The position numbers were made by a program, and so were the translations under genes. A stretch of DNA of 64,000 bases from Microthyrium microscopicum (lineage: Eukaryota). Position 1 is the first letter of the stretch, and each line of letters opens with the position of its first letter. Under the pieces are notes generated by a model, which saw nothing but the letters and a program-made list of their open reading frames with translations, searched no databases and was not told where the DNA came from. Below are positions 60,390 through 64,000 of the stretch, one piece after another. The stretch covers positions 2,495,860 through 2,559,859 of the forward strand of contig MU004231.1 of assembly GCA_010405405.1 (NCBI GenBank). Direction: 5' to 3'.

Positions 60390-62484
60390 ATGAACGGCGC
60401 AACTCCTCCCACAGGGACAAATGGCTCTCCATCAGCACAACCTATCCGTCGAAAGAAGCCACCAGTCAATCCGCTGGTGGCCAACCGTAGACCCAAGCCA
60501 AAAGCCACTCGCCCACTTCCATCAAAGCCCCAGGCCACGCCCGCTCGAACTACTGCATTTACACAGAAGGCCCCGGATGCGGCCCCGGAAGGCGTCAAGA
60601 AGTACCCAGTATTCACAACGAAGCGCGCTCTACTCGAGAACCTTAGATACCATATCGCGAGAATGCAATTCAAAGGCGACATTGACATTACAGATGACAA
60701 CACGTTCACCCGGCCAGTACGACTTCATCGACGCGATCCTGCCTCTAAACCGATAAACGAAGATGAGCCTGTCACACCTGATCCTGAAGATATCGCGAGA
60801 CAGGAACTGGAAGCCAAAGAACAAGAGAGAGTGGAAGCTCTCAAAGCAGAAAACAAGCGCATTCGCGAAGAGAACCAGAAACAAATCGCGCCAACTATAG
60901 CTTCCACTAAGAAAAAGGCGAATCAGAACAGACGCAAAGTTCAACCAGTATATCGACCCAATGATGACCCGGAAGCTACCAAGAAGCATCGGCTACGATA
61001 TGAGGAAACTTATCCTTGGCATATTGAAGATGATGACAACAAGCAGGTCTGGATGGGCACGTTTGAGCAGGCGTTGTCTGATTGTCATCTATTATTCGTC
61101 CAAGAGAAGGGTCAGTTCTCGGTGCTTCCTTTGCAGAAGTACTACAGATTCAAAGAAAAAGGCAAAACGAAGCAGCTGGATCTAGACATGGTCGATGAAT
61201 TAATGAAAGCTAAGAAGAAGGAACCTCGTTTCATCATGCTCAAAAAGCTGGAAATTCAAAAGGCCAACAAAGAAAAGGCGCTTTCGTCCGATCAGCGATT
61301 TGCCAAGAAGGGTGCTAAAATGTTCAAAGGGGAGAATCAAACAGGTATGGGAGGAGGAGGAGAGGATGGCATGTTTGGTGGAGAGGATGCGGGCGCTCCT
61401 GAAGAGGTGGACTTTGAGAATGACGAGCTGTTTGCCGATGATGACGAGGACCAACTTGTCGAAATTGAGGATGAGGACGAACTCAAAGAGACCATCGACA
61501 AGATCAAACGCGAGCAACTCGGTGCCAACTACTTTGACGTACTTGACGAGGAACAGGTTGACAAGGAAGAAGATCTTCGGCTGGAGCGTGAGCAAAAGGC
61601 CAAAGCAGACGAGAAAAGAATGCGGAAAGCTCTTCTCAAGCGTGAAGGCAACTACAACTACGAGGCCGATTCTGATGACGAGAATCCGTATGCTTCGGAT
61701 GTAAGTTACCCAATGGACTTCTTTTTAAATTGATGCTAACCTTTCGCAGTCTGATGATACATCTTCTGAAAAAGAAGAGAATGAAGAAGAAACCTCGTCT
61801 CAAAAGCCCAAAGAGGAAGAAGAAGCTGTAACAAAAGGTGATTCCACTCCATCCGGCAGAAAGAAAACAGCAAGCACTCTCGCGGACAAGGTCAAGCGTT
61901 CTGGTGATGTTGAAATGTCCGAGGCTAGTGGAAATGAATCTACAAAGAACAAGAAAAAGTCCAAGACACTCAAGCGACCAGGCTCTCCCGATATCTCTGG
62001 TGTCAGCGGCAATGAATCAAGCCGCAAAAAGCAGAAAGTAGGCGATAAATCGAATCTGAAGGCTCCAATGGCTCCAAACCGAAAGGTATCTGCTTTGAAA
62101 GGAGCAGGTTCCGGTAGCGAAAGTGAGAGCGGCCCACGAGGTCTCCATCGTATGAAGTCTAGCAAAGGTCCATCGCCTTCTGGCTCGCGAGCGCAAAGCC
62201 CGGCTGGTCGCGCTAACGCTAGTCGGTCTGGTAGTCCAGCAGGTAAGTTCCTCACTGAGTAGATATCTTCAAGCACCATATACTAATTGAGCTTAGTGTC
62301 CGGCTTGCCAAGTTCGGAAGAAATCATCGCAGCAATACCTGTTGGCACTGGCATCAAAGTCGGCGAGCTCTCGGCGTTGTTCAAGAAACGCGTTGCGCCC
62401 TCGGATTTTTCGGCTTTTATACAGCTTGTGCGCTCTGTCGCCAATTGGGATAAGAAGTCGCAACTTGTCACCCGCAAATCATAG
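60390..62484 (+). CDS. TFG1: Transcription initiation factor TFIIF alpha subunit (Tfg1/RAP74)
   Basis: LRYHIARM...FTRPVRLHRRDP, RLRYEETYPWHIEDDDNKQVWMG, FSVLPLQKYYRF, acidic FADDDED region and a C-terminal winged-helix-like exon. Introns 61701-61750 and ~62243-62296. Confidence 0.9.
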
Positions 62485-64000
62485 ATACCCATTGAAATCG
62501 CCATATACGGTTACCGCTTTCGACACCTTTTATCATTTCCATGCGTTTGTAGTGCAATCTTAGCGGTGGTTGAGCGACAACTTCTCCAAGAACAATTGAG
62601 TCCTGTCTGCTCAATAGGATAGGCCAAAGGGACGGGTCACTCACAACACGGTGCTGGCCAAGACATTGGAATTCCATTACATGATCTGCTCTTAGCTGGA
62701 GCACTACCTGGATAAGATGTATTGACCAGGTTGAAATGTAGTTTGAGTATCAACATATGCAAGACAATCACCATTGCCGCTGTCACCATGATCCTGAATA
62801 TCAAATGCTGCAGTCGCACACCGTATTTCTTCCTCCTTGTTATGCTTTAGCGCTGCTGAATTCTCGACATAACTCAACTCTCCCATTGACAGATCTCTAC
62901 ATCAAATGCTTCAGAGCTATCAAACATTACTGTCTTAGAACTATTGCACTATTGCCCGTTATATCAAACCTCCTACACTAACCACCCACTCAATGCATCT
63001 CCACGTCCTCCCAAAAACGAATCCCTCGCTCCCCCTCGAACCGAAGCGACGTTCAGTTCAGCGCCAAATTCCATATCACCTCGCCTAACCACAGCATAAA
63101 CGCACCTAACCGCCCCGACAAGCGCAGCCGCTGCCTTAACACGCGTAACCTCACTGCCATTCTAATTGGCCATATACCAACGCCACGCACCCCAGCCTTG
63201 CAGCACCAACGGGCCAATCAAAATCCTTGTACGCTTCAAGCTGTCAAATGCTCGTTCGCGGCCTGTTCTGTGGCCGTCTGCATGCTAGCGCAGGGCAAGT
63301 AGGGCCGAAAGGTAGGAACTGGCGAGGGTGGGTTGGCGTTTTGGGTTGGCGGTTAGAATATTCTTACTACTGCAAAAATCTAGTGCATGGGGGTGATCAA
63401 TGTTCATGATGGGGAAGGACAGTGCAGGCGTGGGATCGTCAGGGCCGAGACGGGTGAGAGCGGAGAAATTGATATGGGGCTGAAGAGGTGATCGGTATCT
63501 TCCATGAGCATTGAAGTGGTGTGTAGATTATCTGATCATTGTGATTGTGGACTCAATGGCGTTTAGAAGACTGTGGTAAGGCTGGAAGGATTGTGTTGTC
63601 ACGTCCGAATGCACAGCAAATGTTCTGAAAAGCAGAATGAGAGTAGTAATTATATTTTGCATAAGGACCTTGATTAAGTCTCGTATGAAGTGATAAGCTA
63701 TGTATAATATGCAAGTGATGCAATTGAGCCCATCCTGTGGAAACTCTTTTAGACAAATAGGAAATATGCGCCATGTATTTGCGCGTAGCAAGGACAATTC
63801 GTCCTGGTATTGTAGTATTCCCAAAATCCCAATCCGCTCCATGGTCCGTTGCGCTCAGTTGGGGTATCATTAGATGTTTGATCATAAAGAAAAATAGAAA
63901 ATGCCATCACACCGTTATTCCTCACAGTCACACAGTCCGCTCGCTGTAGCTCGCGATCACCCTCGTTCAGCAAATTTGCTCAACCCAATAACCATCTTTG

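Noticed and set aside
63528..63973. Short minus-strand ORFs at the right edge
   Set aside because: No recognisable domain or clear splice structure. They may be the end of a gene outside the window, but this cannot be supported here.

Overview
Gene-dense fungal genomic DNA (Pezizomycotina-like, with short GT-AG introns and CTRAY branch sites; a Dothideomycete is my inference). About 24 protein-coding genes are supported, mostly housekeeping: partial guanine deaminase, an orphan ATP-grasp enzyme, Arp9, Nte1, a stand-alone zf-PARP protein, a peroxisomal acyl-CoA ligase, a TPX2-like protein, a GRIP golgin, Chk1, an amidohydrolase, an F-box-like protein, Pus3/Deg1, Gpi15, an extended Hub1, an Rpb12-like protein, an Anp1-family mannosyltransferase, a PQ-loop transporter, mL50, a sugar porter, a Cid1-family nucleotidyltransferase and TFIIF-alpha. 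I saw no tRNA, rRNA, CRISPR array or transposase. The most unusual signal is a family of related, hairpin-forming sequences in unusually long introns. Two introns of the zf-PARP gene (10845-11021 and 12131-12368) share a 22-nt identical core and the same predicted fold. Diverged copies with the same transcript orientation lie in a third intron of that gene and in an intron of the nearby acyl-CoA ligase gene. This may be an undescribed structured intronic RNA or an introner-like element family. All gene calls come from motif recognition by eye; no database search was run.
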